Source: Thermoplasmatota archaeon (GTDB lineage Archaea; Thermoplasmatota; JAKEGO01). From it: a stretch of 64,000 bases of DNA. Where the stretch lies: contig JANQNK010000020.1 in the NCBI GenBank assembly GCA_028279595.1, positions 32,001-96,000 on the forward strand. Direction: 5' to 3'. Below are positions 40,974 to 50,943 of this stretch, piece by piece. Made by a program: the position numbers and the translations under genes. The notes beneath the pieces were generated by a model that was given only the letters and a program-made list of their open reading frames with translations, had not been told where the DNA came from and did not search any database. Within the stretch, counting starts at the first letter, position 1; every line of letters starts with the position of its first letter.

Positions 40974-41342
40974 ATGGGAGAACGGCACATCAACAAACTG
41001 GATGCAAAGCTCGCAACCGTCGGCGTCGACGTTCCGGCGAGGATCGAACTCCTCGGCGATTCGATAGAGCTCGAGAACAGACTGTTCGAATCCCTCAAGC
41101 TGTCGGAGGACCATCCCGAACGGGTCGCTTTCCGAAGGGAGATGTCCGTTCACATGGTCGAACTCCGCCGGGCCCTCTCTGCGGCCGAGGACGAGGTCAG
41201 GGCCGAGGACCTGCTCCTCAAGGGACGGATCCTGAAGAAGGTGCTTTTCATCCTGGACTCAAAGGACGACCTCGGACCGCATCGCGACAACGAGGACGTC
41301 AAGCGATGGATCGACTTCGTCGACAAGATAAAACATGATTGA
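40974..41342 (+). CDS. DUF5788-like conserved archaeal protein
   Basis: ATVG..VP..IEL.G..IEL and D.KRW..FVDKI; SD GAGGTG upstream. Confidence 0.6.
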   Translation: MGERHINKLDAKLATVGVDVPARIELLGDSIELENRLFESLKLSEDHPERVAFRREMSVHMVELRRALSAAEDEVRAEDLLLKGRILKKVLFILDSKDDLGPHRDNEDVKRWIDFVDKIKHD

Positions 41343-41392
41343 CCCCCTTTAGCGATCATTGTGAAGGGTCAGTGAATAAACGATATCGAGCG

Positions 41393-42586
41393 TCAGGCTT
41401 CCCGAGGCGGACCGAGTGTCGCAGCCCTCCGCGCTATCAGGAACACGGCCAGGTGCTCAGGTACGGAGTTCTCACCTGCGTTGAGGACGTGGTCGACACC
41501 CTTCATCCTCATCGAGAACGGCTCCTTCAGATGTAAGGTGACCTCCTCATCGCCGAACGCCACCGCCTGGTCAAGCGGTTCGAACGTCCTGAAGGCGTCG
41601 ATGTCCAGCTCCACCACACGGAGCCCGGTCTTTCCGTGGAGTGATCCAGGCACCCTGATCAGTCGTTTGATATCCGTCGTCACGGGTTCGTCCGCCTCGC
41701 CCATCGCCTCCATGCGGCCGCGTTCGACGACCGCCTTGACGAATGGCATTACTGGGAACCTGTCGGGGAAGATGTCGATGTTCCCGGCGGACAGGTCGTC
41801 CTTCCAGTCCGACGCCAGTCTGTCGAGTATCTGTTCCCCGCTCTTCTTCCCGATTCCCTCGAGCGATGTGATCTCCTTGAGGGCCTCGTCACGCGGAAGG
41901 GACGAGATACGTTCGAGGTCCGCTATCACGGCCCGGGTGATCCGACCGCCCCATCCCGGATGGTCGATCGAGGGAAGCCTGTACGTGAACTTCTCCTTCG
42001 TGTATCGTCCCCGGGTCGTCGAATCGATGGCTATCTTCTTGAGAAGGATGTCGAGGTTCAGTCCGCGACCTGAGATGTAGTCGATGATCTCCCTCCTCGC
42101 TCCCGAGGAGAGCGGCAGGATGTCCGGTCGGGACACGTGGAGATGGTATCCCCGACCGCCCGAGAAGACGAGCCTGACATGCTCCTCCTCGATCCCCAGG
42201 TCGCCGAGGACGAAGTCGTCGAGGAGCTTTGCCATCTCACGGCGTACGGCGGAGAGCATCTCCTCGTAGGTCATCGTCTCGGCTCCGGGAAGGTGGTCCG
42301 AATCCAGATCGAAGATGAGGTCCGCTCCGAGCCAGCCCTTCTCCACCATACGCCTGGCCGAAGGTTCCGTGTAATAGGCCGTGGAGTAGTATGCATGGGC
42401 GGGGACCTCCTTCGAGAAGAACCTGTTGACGTTCTCCGTTGACGAGAACGCCATGTGGCGGACCATGTAGCCTCCACCGAAGAACATGAACCCCCATTCA
42501 CGCCTGCCAAATCGCGGAGGGACCTCGGGATTGTTCCGACCGTAGTGGTCCGAGAATCTCCTCTGCAGGAACTTGATCTCCTCCAT
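41393..42586 (-). CDS. priS: DNA primase small (catalytic) subunit
   Basis: RREWGF, RH..F, P.HAYYSTAYY..P, GADLIFDLD.DH, FSGGRGYH, D..VTTD.KRLIR.PGSLHGK. Confidence 0.96.
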   Translation of the reverse strand: MEEIKFLQRRFSDHYGRNNPEVPPRFGRREWGFMFFGGGYMVRHMAFSSTENVNRFFSKEVPAHAYYSTAYYTEPSARRMVEKGWLGADLIFDLDSDHLPGAETMTYEEMLSAVRREMAKLLDDFVLGDLGIEEEHVRLVFSGGRGYHLHVSRPDILPLSSGARREIIDYISGRGLNLDILLKKIAIDSTTRGRYTKEKFTYRLPSIDHPGWGGRITRAVIADLERISSLPRDEALKEITSLEGIGKKSGEQILDRLASDWKDDLSAGNIDIFPDRFPVMPFVKAVVERGRMEAMGEADEPVTTDIKRLIRVPGSLHGKTGLRVVELDIDAFRTFEPLDQAVAFGDEEVTLHLKEPFSMRMKGVDHVLNAGENSVPEHLAVFLIARRAATLGPPREA

Positions 42587-42597
42587 ACCGATCGCCG

Positions 42598-42822
42598 TCA
42601 GAGTATCCTTTTCAACAGGTCCTCGTCGAGGGCGACGTAGAGCACTATCATCACGACGGCGAGCCCCGTCGATAGGACGGCGAACCACTTCACCTTGTCG
42701 GCAAGGTCCTCGAAGGACACCGCGATGTACACGTACGCCATGACGATCGCGATGAACGTGAATGCAATGCCCCCACTGAGGAAACTGCGCCTGAACGCAG
42801 CCCTCTGTCTGTTCGGTCTCAT
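42598..42822 (-). CDS. Small 2-TM membrane protein
   Basis: Two hydrophobic helices; directly upstream of priS. Confidence 0.55.
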   Translation of the reverse strand: MRPNRQRAAFRRSFLSGGIAFTFIAIVMAYVYIAVSFEDLADKVKWFAVLSTGLAVVMIVLYVALDEDLLKRIL

Positions 42823-42897
42823 GAACTTACTATTCCTGGCTCAATAGATAAAACTAACTGTAAAGGGAGCCAGTATCTGGACCTTCACAAATGGACC

Positions 42898-43758
42898 TCA
42901 GAGCGTGCCATTTAGGCGTTTGATGACGTCCCGCGCTCCTTGGCCGTAGGTCGGATGGGTCAGGGCCATCTCGATGTTCGCCTCGAGCCATCCCGTCACG
43001 GTCCCCGAGTCGAAGCGGCGACCCTCGAACCTGTAGCCGTAGACGTCCCGCTCCTCGATGATCATGTCGATCGCGTCACTCAGCTGTATCTCCCCGCCGT
43101 GTCCCTCGCCTGTCCTGTCGAACGCGTCGAAGATCTCGGGCGGGAGTATGTACCGTCCTATAAGAGCGAGGTCGGATGCCGCCTCCTCCGCAGGAGGCTT
43201 CTCCACGACGTTGTGGACCTGGTAGAGCCTGTCGTCCATGTGCGTCGCCGTGGCGACGCCGTATCGCGAGATCTCCTCCTTCGGCATCTGCTCGAGCGAT
43301 AGGATCGGAGCATCCAGCTTCCGGTGCATGTCGAGGAGCTGTCCGATGGCGGGCTTCTCGGATACGATGATGTCGTCGGGGAGCATTACAGCGAAGGGTT
43401 CGTTGCCGATGAACTCCCGGGCGTGGTTGATGGCGTCCCCGAGTCCCGCGGGTACCTTCTGGCGGATGTAATGGATGTGCGACATGCATCCGATCTGGAG
43501 GACCTCGTTGAAGTGCTCGTCCTTCTCCTTCTCCTTGAGGTAGAACTCGAGCTCCAGGGACCGGTCGAAGTGGTCCTCTATGGCCTGCTTCCACCGGCTG
43601 GTGATTATGAGGATGTCCTTGATCCCCGCGGCGATGGCCTCCTCCACGACGTACTGTATCGCGGGCTTGTCCACGAGCGGGACCATCTCCTTGGGCAACG
43701 CCTTGGTCGCGGGCAGGAACCTCGTCCCCAGGCCCGCGGCCGGTATGACCGCCTTCAT
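42898..43758 (-). CDS. galU: UTP-glucose-1-phosphate uridylyltransferase
   Basis: KAVIPAAGLGTRFLPATK..PKEM, IEDHFD, VEKP, GEIQL.DAI. Confidence 0.93.
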   Translation of the reverse strand: MKAVIPAAGLGTRFLPATKALPKEMVPLVDKPAIQYVVEEAIAAGIKDILIITSRWKQAIEDHFDRSLELEFYLKEKEKDEHFNEVLQIGCMSHIHYIRQKVPAGLGDAINHAREFIGNEPFAVMLPDDIIVSEKPAIGQLLDMHRKLDAPILSLEQMPKEEISRYGVATATHMDDRLYQVHNVVEKPPAEEAASDLALIGRYILPPEIFDAFDRTGEGHGGEIQLSDAIDMIIEERDVYGYRFEGRRFDSGTVTGWLEANIEMALTHPTYGQGARDVIKRLNGTL

Positions 43759-43861
43759 TGTGACTACCAACCAGAAGGGTTATAAAAGCGTTATCCCCGG
43801 ATGCGACGGGACCCTGGCTGCGACGGAATCGTCCCTACTGTCATGAAAGTAAAGTACAGGT

Positions 43862-44452
43862 TCAGATGTCCAGTCCCTCGTCCCTGAGGAACTCGCGCAT
43901 GTCCTTCTCCGTGACCCTCCTGTACTCGTAGAACTCGGTGGGGTCGAACCAGTAGCCCTCCTTCGAGAGGAACTCCTTCTGTTCCTCGAGCAGTCTGAGA
44001 TGGACGACCTCCTCGATGACTATCTTCTCTAGTGCAACGATGAGGTCAAGGTCCTCGGTGTCGTCCAGCATGGCCTGGTAGTGGTCTATGGACCGCCTCT
44101 CGGCGGACATCGCCATGTTGAGGGCGTCCCCGACCGTGGTCCCGCCGAACGACCTGTCGATAGCCGCGCGCTGGAACCGTTTGTTCCGTTCGAACTCCTC
44201 CGTCACCTGGGGGAAGATGGGGATATGCCGGATCTCGATCTCCTCGGGGCGGAAGAACTTGACCTTGTTCTTGAAGGCCTCCCGCATCTCTATGAAGGTG
44301 GCCTTGTGCCTCACCTCATCGCCGGCAAGGGCGACGAACATCTTCTTGACGAGGCCCGGGCCAACGGAGTTGGCCTTGTCGGTGTAGAATGTATAGCCGT
44401 CCTCCTCGAGCTGGATGGCCTCCTCGATCTTTGAAAGCACGTGTTCCTTCAT
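43862..44452 (-). CDS. Ferritin-like / rubrerythrin diiron domain protein
   Basis: AI.LE..G..FY; LA.DE.RH; A..AE..S...Y; EE..H. Confidence 0.85.
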   Translation of the reverse strand: MKEHVLSKIEEAIQLEEDGYTFYTDKANSVGPGLVKKMFVALAGDEVRHKATFIEMREAFKNKVKFFRPEEIEIRHIPIFPQVTEEFERNKRFQRAAIDRSFGGTTVGDALNMAMSAERRSIDHYQAMLDDTEDLDLIVALEKIVIEEVVHLRLLEEQKEFLSKEGYWFDPTEFYEYRRVTEKDMREFLRDEGLDI

Positions 44453-44562
44453 AGCTGCCCCGCCCCCTCATTGCCCCTGCCATACATAACACTTTTTCCA
44501 TATGCCGCCAGGCGATGTCACCATCCAACTGATTATATATCCTCCGACCGTATCTCCGTTCG

Positions 44563-45531
44563 ATGGACGCGATACGGATAAGGGGACTCCGACGCTCCTT
44601 CGGCGATGTCAAGGCATTGGACGGCCTTGACCTATCGGTGCCGGAGGGCTCGTTCTTCGGTTTCCTCGGTCCGAACGGTGCCGGGAAGACCACCACCATA
44701 GCGGTGCTGTCGACGGTCCTGGTCCCCGACACCGGCAAGGTCTCGGTGAACGGGTACGATCTGGGAAAGGACCCGATCGATGTTCGCCGGTCCATCGGTC
44801 TCATGATCGAGAATCCAGGCTTCTATCCGGACCAGACCGTCCTCGACAACCTCCTGAACCATGCTGCATTCTACAAGTTGAAGAACGCGGAGAAATCCTC
44901 GCGGGGACTCCTGAAGGCCCTGGACCTCTCGAGCGTGAAGAACCGCAAGGCCGGCGGTCTGTCATTCGGGATGCGCAAGAGACTCGCCCTTGCCCAGGCG
45001 CTCCTCACCAGGCCGAAGATACTTCTGCTGGACGAGCCGATGACCGGCCTCGATCCGGAGGGGATAGCCCTCGCCCGGGACCTCCTGAAGGACGCCAACG
45101 AGTCCGGTGCGACGATCTTCATGTCCACTCACATACTGTCCGAGGTGGAGGCAGTCTGCGATCGTGTCGCCATCGTGAGGCGGGGCCGCAACATCGCCCA
45201 GGGCACACCGGCCGAGATCAAGGCCCTGCTTCCCGACGGTGCAGGGCACTTCATCGAGTTCCATGCCGTTATCGGGCGCGAGGGCGTGCCGCGGGAGATC
45301 CACGATATCGGAAGGGTCTCGTTCCATCCCATGGGCTTCGTCCTCCACGGGTTCAAGGGGGCGCCGGAGGATGTCTCGGCAGCGGTGAACGACATCCTGG
45401 TCAGCCACGAGATCAGGGTATCGGGTCTATACCACCGGGTGACCAGCCTGGAGGACGCCTACCTCGACCTCGTTGACGCCAGGTCAAGGAAGGGAAAGGC
45501 CAGGCCGAGGACGAGACGGCCTTCGAAATGA
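44563..45531 (+). CDS. ABC transporter ATP-binding protein
   Basis: GPNGAGKTT, LSFGM, LLLDEP, STH, SLED.YL. Confidence 0.93.
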   Translation: MDAIRIRGLRRSFGDVKALDGLDLSVPEGSFFGFLGPNGAGKTTTIAVLSTVLVPDTGKVSVNGYDLGKDPIDVRRSIGLMIENPGFYPDQTVLDNLLNHAAFYKLKNAEKSSRGLLKALDLSSVKNRKAGGLSFGMRKRLALAQALLTRPKILLLDEPMTGLDPEGIALARDLLKDANESGATIFMSTHILSEVEAVCDRVAIVRRGRNIAQGTPAEIKALLPDGAGHFIEFHAVIGREGVPREIHDIGRVSFHPMGFVLHGFKGAPEDVSAAVNDILVSHEIRVSGLYHRVTSLEDAYLDLVDARSRKGKARPRTRRPSK

Positions 45532-45592
45532 TCGACAGGTACCTCTTCTTCAGATAACAATCGTTTTATTCCAGTAACCTTCATTCCGGCCG

Positions 45593-46150
45593 ATGTTCCC
45601 GCTCGGGCACCTCGGCATCACACTCGGCATCGCCATCGCCCTGGTCAAGGTACGGCCGACCCTCGAACGGCGGCTGGACCTGCGATTCGTGCTTTTCGGT
45701 GCGATACTGCCCGACGTCATCGACAAGTTGTTCGGACACGTGATCCTCGCGGGAACCCTCGACAACGGACGTCTGGTCGGTCACTCGGCGCTTTTCGCCA
45801 TCGTCTTCCTTGCCGTCGGGATCCTGATCGCATCGGACCGACTGACCTCGATCGGGTTCGCATCCGGTGTCCATCTCGGTCTGGACCTGATGTGGTACCT
45901 GCCTTCGACCCTTTTCTGGCCCGCATATGGGTTCGGATTCCCCGCCGAGGACTTCGAGGTCTACGACTGGTTCGCGACACTGGTCAGGGACCCTGTCGTC
46001 CAGGCCGGCGAGGTGATCGGCGGCATCATCCTACTCTGGTTCGTCCTCCGGCATGGTCTCTACAGGATCGATCGGATACGGGAATTCCTGTTCAGGGGCG
46101 TCCTGGTCAGACAGCGACCTCGGCCGCGTACCAGAAGTAGATCAGCATGA
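45593..46150 (+). CDS. Membrane-bound metal-dependent hydrolase (YdjM-like)
   Basis: M...GH, GA.LPD.IDK, R..GHS, H..LD, WP motifs. Confidence 0.85.
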   Translation: MFPLGHLGITLGIAIALVKVRPTLERRLDLRFVLFGAILPDVIDKLFGHVILAGTLDNGRLVGHSALFAIVFLAVGILIASDRLTSIGFASGVHLGLDLMWYLPSTLFWPAYGFGFPAEDFEVYDWFATLVRDPVVQAGEVIGGIILLWFVLRHGLYRIDRIREFLFRGVLVRQRPRPRTRSRSA

Positions 46151-48107
46151 GACCGGCGATCATCATCACGATGCCGCTCACCCTCTCGATGGTCTTCATG
46201 TGCTTCTTCATGAAGTCAATGATCTTGGTCCTCGAACCGGCTATCAGTGCGGTGAACGTCACCATCAGCACGCCCATCCCGAGGCCGTAGAGGAGGACGA
46301 CCATGAAGCCTGCGAAGATGCCGCCCTGGGCGATCCCCACCGTCAGAATGAGGATGAAGAGCGGTGCGACACATGCCGAGGATGCGGCCGCGTAGACCAA
46401 CCCGTATGTGAACAGACCGAAGGCTCCCTGCTCCTCCGAGTCGAGCTTCACGTCCTTCCCGGTGACCCTGGACAATCCCTTCTCGGCCGTCTCCTTGGAG
46501 ACGAAACCGCCTGTCAAGCCCTTGATCATCTGGTAGATCTTGCCGGCGATATCCTTCAATGGAGTGGTGATGTAGTGGAACGGGATGTCGATGTCCCGGA
46601 ACATGGCGAAACCGAAGGCGAGGATCATGAGACCCATCACTAGGCCGATGTAGCCGAGATAACCGAATATGAAGTATCCGAATATTCCCACTATCAATCC
46701 AATTATGCCGAAGAACAGAAACATACCCATCGCAGGAATGGTCCCTTGGATGGCGCCGCGTCTCATCGCCCTCCTGATGTCCGCCTCCTCCTCGTCCTTC
46801 GAGTCCATCGTTACGTAGTAGGACATATAGGCTGGCATGAGCGGGTAGGCGCACGGTGAGAAGAACGTCACCATCCCCGCAACGAAGGCGAGGCCGAAGA
46901 CACCGAGGGAGACGACCGCCTGCCTTTCAGCTCGCCCCTCCTTTACCTTGTCGATCTCCTCGCTGAGCTTATCGGCGTCGGCGTGGCTGCTCTTGAACGT
47001 GACATATCCCTCTTTGTCGATTATGAAGTAGGTCGGATACAGGTCGACACTGTATTCCACGGTGACCTCTGGATCTATCTGACCGAAGACCCACTCCGCC
47101 CCTACCTCCTCCTTGAGGTCGCGAAGGTCGGACCTTTCCTGCGATCCTTCGACATCGCTCACTGATAGGATGACGATGTCATCCCCGTACTTCTCGTAGA
47201 CCTCCTTGAGGTGAGGCATCCCCTTCCGACAGCCGGGACAATCGGCGAACATGAAGTCCAATACGACGATCTTCTCTCCCCTGTAATCGCTGAGGTTGAC
47301 CCTGTCCCCGTCAAGCGTCCTGATCTGGAAGTCGGGCGCCCTCTCGACCGCGAAGAGCGGCCATATGACGAAGACACCTATCAAGAGTACCACGACGGCG
47401 ATGGCGCCTATCGTCAGGGGAGTCCTTCTCCTGTCGATGAAGTCCATGAATCCCGGTGACGTCCCAGCACCTGCCACGGGTGCAGCGGGTTTCGGTTCCT
47501 CCTCGGGCATTGGAACGGGTTCCTCCTTGACCGGTGGGGTCTCAACGGGCGTCGGTTCGACGACCGGTTCCGGTTTGGGTTCGGGTGCAGGTCTCAAGGT
47601 AGGCGCTTCGACCGGTGCACCGGTAATGTGCGGCGGCGGAGGCAGCTTGCCCTGCTCCCTCTGGATGTGGGGCGGGGGCGGTGGAGAACCCGGGGGTTGC
47701 ACCGGCGGTGCCTCCTTTACCGGTTCTGGTGCCGGCGGCGGAGCCTCCTTCACCGGCTCGGGCGTTGTGGCAGCCTTCGCTGGCTCGGGTGGTGCCGGCG
47801 GCTCCGGAGGTGGAGCGACCTTTGCCGGTTCTGGCGGTGGCGGCGTCGATGTGGCCTTTGCGGGCTCTGGCACGCTCTCGACCTTCGGGGTTGGAGGTGG
47901 GACCGTACCACGGCCGCCTTCAGACATCATCTTGCCGAGCTTCGCCTTGATCCACTGGGCTCCGGTGGTCCCGACCGGCCTTATCATGGCCAGGTCCAGG
48001 ACGTCCGCCTTCTGAAGGTCCTCCACTGTCGTGTAACCAGCCAGGACTAGAGCGTCTGCAGCCTCCCGGTCTATGGCCAGGACCTCCATCAAGTCTTCTG
48101 CCCTCAA
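46107..48107 (-). CDS. Fusion: HhH domain, Pro-rich linker, TM, thioredoxin-like (CPGC), CcdA/DsbD membrane domain
   Basis: A.AL..AGY.TVEDL..A...DL..I..VG...A..I; APDF...LDG....LSDY.G...VLDF...CPGC; FFSPC.YPL.P.Y and C.AP.F. Confidence 0.85.
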   Translation of the reverse strand: MRAEDLMEVLAIDREAADALVLAGYTTVEDLQKADVLDLAMIRPVGTTGAQWIKAKLGKMMSEGGRGTVPPPTPKVESVPEPAKATSTPPPPEPAKVAPPPEPPAPPEPAKAATTPEPVKEAPPPAPEPVKEAPPVQPPGSPPPPPHIQREQGKLPPPPHITGAPVEAPTLRPAPEPKPEPVVEPTPVETPPVKEEPVPMPEEEPKPAAPVAGAGTSPGFMDFIDRRRTPLTIGAIAVVVLLIGVFVIWPLFAVERAPDFQIRTLDGDRVNLSDYRGEKIVVLDFMFADCPGCRKGMPHLKEVYEKYGDDIVILSVSDVEGSQERSDLRDLKEEVGAEWVFGQIDPEVTVEYSVDLYPTYFIIDKEGYVTFKSSHADADKLSEEIDKVKEGRAERQAVVSLGVFGLAFVAGMVTFFSPCAYPLMPAYMSYYVTMDSKDEEEADIRRAMRRGAIQGTIPAMGMFLFFGIIGLIVGIFGYFIFGYLGYIGLVMGLMILAFGFAMFRDIDIPFHYITTPLKDIAGKIYQMIKGLTGGFVSKETAEKGLSRVTGKDVKLDSEEQGAFGLFTYGLVYAAASSACVAPLFILILTVGIAQGGIFAGFMVVLLYGLGMGVLMVTFTALIAGSRTKIIDFMKKHMKTIERVSGIVMMIAGLMLIYFWYAAEVAV

Positions 48108-48164
48108 GACATCACTGCGGCTAGGTAAGGTACAATCTTTAAAAACCTTTTTCCGAAGGAGGTC

Positions 48165-49046
48165 TCAGTTCTCGGTCCTCCGGGTGACCTTGATGAGCCC
48201 CTTCCGGTGGGCCAGATAAAGTCCTGCCGGAATGGCGATCAGTATGAGCAGGACCAAGAACGGCCTGTCCTCCACGATGTTCCCGTCTTCGCTCGAACCA
48301 CCTCGTTCCATGGCCACCTTATCGGAGATCGAAACCCTCTTCAGGGAGACCTCGTAGACAGGCCTGTCATGGGTCCCTCTCAGCGACGCGGGTAGCGGAG
48401 CTGTGTTGTTGGCGTCGGTGTCGGTCCAGACCTGTGCCATCTCTCGTACATGGTTCAGTCCCTCGACGACCACTCCGAAGACAGTATACCCGTTCTCCGG
48501 GGGTGTCCTGTTCTGTCTCTCGGCATGGTCGAGCTGGTGCTGGGGGCCGTCGCAGATGTAGAACTGGCTCTCGGCGGAGTCGGGATCCACACTTCGAGCC
48601 ATTCCGACCGCACCATCCACATGTGTCAATTCGGGGTGCGGTTCCAGGTCGACGGTCTCGCCACTACCGTCATTTAAAGGATCGTTGGCGTCCGGGTCGC
48701 CACCCTGGCAGACGAAATCGTCGATTATCCTGTGGAAGATCGTACCATCGTAGAATCCACGCTCAGCCAGCTTGATGAAGTTCTCGGTGTGCCTCGGAGC
48801 CCTGAACTCGTAGAGCTCGAATACGATGGTTCCGTCCACCCAGTCGGGATTGAGGAGCTTGAAGTTGTTCAGCGGATCGTCATAATCAGGCCTTGTGAGC
48901 GTATACCTGACCTCGAGTGTGGCATACCTGTTCTCCCACCAGATCCCGTCGCTTTCCTCCACCTTTCGCTCCGAGGTTGCCGCTGCTGGCATGGCCAGCG
49001 AGCACAGGACAAGGATAGCCATCGCCAGTGCTGGCGTTCGGAGCAT
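48165..49046 (-). CDS. Secreted, C-terminally anchored cyclophilin-type PPIase
   Basis: AP....NF..L...GFYDG..FHRII..FV.QGGD, GAVGMAR...PDSA.SQFYI, YTVFG.V..G; signal peptide and C-terminal TM. Confidence 0.92.
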   Translation of the reverse strand: MLRTPALAMAILVLCSLAMPAAATSERKVEESDGIWWENRYATLEVRYTLTRPDYDDPLNNFKLLNPDWVDGTIVFELYEFRAPRHTENFIKLAERGFYDGTIFHRIIDDFVCQGGDPDANDPLNDGSGETVDLEPHPELTHVDGAVGMARSVDPDSAESQFYICDGPQHQLDHAERQNRTPPENGYTVFGVVVEGLNHVREMAQVWTDTDANNTAPLPASLRGTHDRPVYEVSLKRVSISDKVAMERGGSSEDGNIVEDRPFLVLLILIAIPAGLYLAHRKGLIKVTRRTEN

Positions 49047-49210
49047 GGACCATCATTTCACCGAGATTACTTAAACATAATGGGAACCACGCCAAATTCA
49101 GATACTGTATGACATTGATGATGAAAGTCTCTATGATGCATGGGTACCCAGCTCACGATTAGCTCAGAGAGCGACAACACCCTTTTGTAATGATGTAGCG
49201 ATTCGAAATC

Positions 49211-50470
49211 ATGAGCGTGCTCATCCGCGGCGTACGGCTCGACGGGAAGAATGTGGACATCTACTGCGAGGACGACAGGATAACCGAGATCGGATCGGTG
49301 TCCGTCGAGGCGGACCATGTCATCGACGGGAGCGACAAGGCAGCCATTCCAGGGCTTGTCAACACACACACGCACGCGGCGATGACCCTATTCCGTTCAC
49401 ACGGGAACGACCTCCCTCTGATGACATGGCTCTCGGAGAAGATATGGCCCATCGAGGCCCATCTCAATGCTGACGACATCTACTGGGGCACTCGTTTGGC
49501 GTGTCTTGAAATGATCAAGACCGGGACCACGGCGTTCAACGACATGTACTATCACGTCGGAGCGACCGCCCGGGCTGTCGACGATTCAGGTATTCGCGGC
49601 GTCATCAGCGCGGTCTTCTTCAACATGCTCGATACAGGCGATATCGATGCGGCCATCAAGGGAATGACGGACCAAGTGAACGAGATCCGGTCCGTCGGCT
49701 GTGACAGGGCCGTTCCAGCACTTGGTCCACATGCCCCGTATACCGTTAGCGACGAAGCCCTCGGCGCCATAGGAGACCTTTCAGAAAAGGAGGACCTGCT
49801 GGTCCATTTCCATCTGGCGGAGACGGAGAAGGAGATCAATGATTACAAGGAGCGTACAGGCGAGTACCTGGTCCCCCGGATGGAGGAGATCGGCCTTCTG
49901 TCTCCCAGGATGATAGCCGCTCACAGCGTCTGGGTATCTCCAGAGGACTTGGACATCATGGCCAGGAACGGCGTCACCGCGTCTCACTGCCCGATCTCGA
50001 ACATGAAGCTCTCTGTCGGACGAGCCCTTCCGTATCCCGAAATGATGGCAAGGGGGATCCCCGTCACCCTTGGCACCGACGGCTGCGCATCCAACAACGA
50101 CCTCGACATGTTCGAGACGATGAAGTTTGCTGCACTCCTTCAGAAGCATGCGACCAACGATCCCACTGCGCTTCCGGCACACGAGGCTCTCCTCATGGCG
50201 ACCAGGGCTGGAGCGGCTGCCCTGAGTATAGATACTGGCGAGATCGTGGTAGGAAGGAAGGCCGACATCGTGCTCATCGACCTGAAGAGGCCGGAGATGG
50301 TACCCGGGCACGACCTCGTGTCCAATATCGTCTATTCGGCGAACGGGTCCTGTGTCAATACGACCATCTGCGACGGCCAGGTCCTGATGATGGACCGGAT
50401 CGTCGAGGGCGAGGCCGAGGTCCTTCAGAAGGCGGCCGAGGCTGCGAACGACCTCTTCTGCCGTGAATAG
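49211..50470 (+). CDS. Amidohydrolase, MTA/SAH/5'-deoxyadenosine deaminase family
   Basis: PGLVNTHTH, TGTT.FNDMY, PHAPY, H.HLAET, AHSV, HCP.SNMKL, GTDG.ASNN. Confidence 0.9.
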   Translation: MSVLIRGVRLDGKNVDIYCEDDRITEIGSVSVEADHVIDGSDKAAIPGLVNTHTHAAMTLFRSHGNDLPLMTWLSEKIWPIEAHLNADDIYWGTRLACLEMIKTGTTAFNDMYYHVGATARAVDDSGIRGVISAVFFNMLDTGDIDAAIKGMTDQVNEIRSVGCDRAVPALGPHAPYTVSDEALGAIGDLSEKEDLLVHFHLAETEKEINDYKERTGEYLVPRMEEIGLLSPRMIAAHSVWVSPEDLDIMARNGVTASHCPISNMKLSVGRALPYPEMMARGIPVTLGTDGCASNNDLDMFETMKFAALLQKHATNDPTALPAHEALLMATRAGAAALSIDTGEIVVGRKADIVLIDLKRPEMVPGHDLVSNIVYSANGSCVNTTICDGQVLMMDRIVEGEAEVLQKAAEAANDLFCRE

Positions 50471-50507
50471 ACGCGCTCGACGCCGACGTTGTCGGGCGTC
50501 AACGCGT
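50471..50507 (+). terminator. Stem-loop immediately after the amidohydrolase stop
   Basis: ACGCG..GACGCCGAC-gtt-GTCGG.CGTC..CGCGT inverted repeat. Confidence 0.35.
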
Positions 50508-50565
50508 CTCACCGATTCCGGATGGGGGTGCCAAGCGATTTATACGGCGGGAACATTCGGTAGAC

Positions 50566-50943
50566 ATGAGGTTCATACAGACAGACGACGCTCCAGCACC
50601 GGTCGGTCCTTATTCCCAGGCCGTCGAGGCGAACGGCTTTCTTTACCTTTCAGGTCAGCTTGGCATCGATCCCGAGACCGGGGAGATGGCCACGGACGTG
50701 AGGGGCCAGGCGGCCCAGGTGTTCGCCAACATAGGAGCCGTCCTGGCAGCGGCCGGTCTCGGACCGAACGATGTCGTCAGGGTGAACGCCTTCCTTGCCG
50801 ACATGGACGATTTCAAGGCATTCAACGAGATCTATTCCGACTTCTTCGGCGAGCACAGACCTGCGAGGGCAGCGATACAGGCCGCGAGACTACCCCTCGA
50901 CTCCCTGATCGAGGTCGAGGCCGTAGCGAGAACCCCTGAATGA
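50566..50943 (+). CDS. ridA: RidA/YjgF enamine deaminase
   Basis: AP..VGPYSQAV, LYLSGQ, N.IY..FF....PAR, LP....IE.EA. Confidence 0.92.
   Translation: MRFIQTDDAPAPVGPYSQAVEANGFLYLSGQLGIDPETGEMATDVRGQAAQVFANIGAVLAAAGLGPNDVVRVNAFLADMDDFKAFNEIYSDFFGEHRPARAAIQAARLPLDSLIEVEAVARTPE

Noticed and set aside
44120-44150. GGTTVGDAL in the ferritin-like protein resembling an encapsulin cargo peptide
   Set aside because: It leads into helix 3 of the four-helix bundle, matches the consensus poorly, and no encapsulin gene is nearby
44563-46150. ABC ATPase without an adjacent permease
   Set aside because: Orphan ABC ATPases are common; nothing links it functionally to the neighbouring hydrolase
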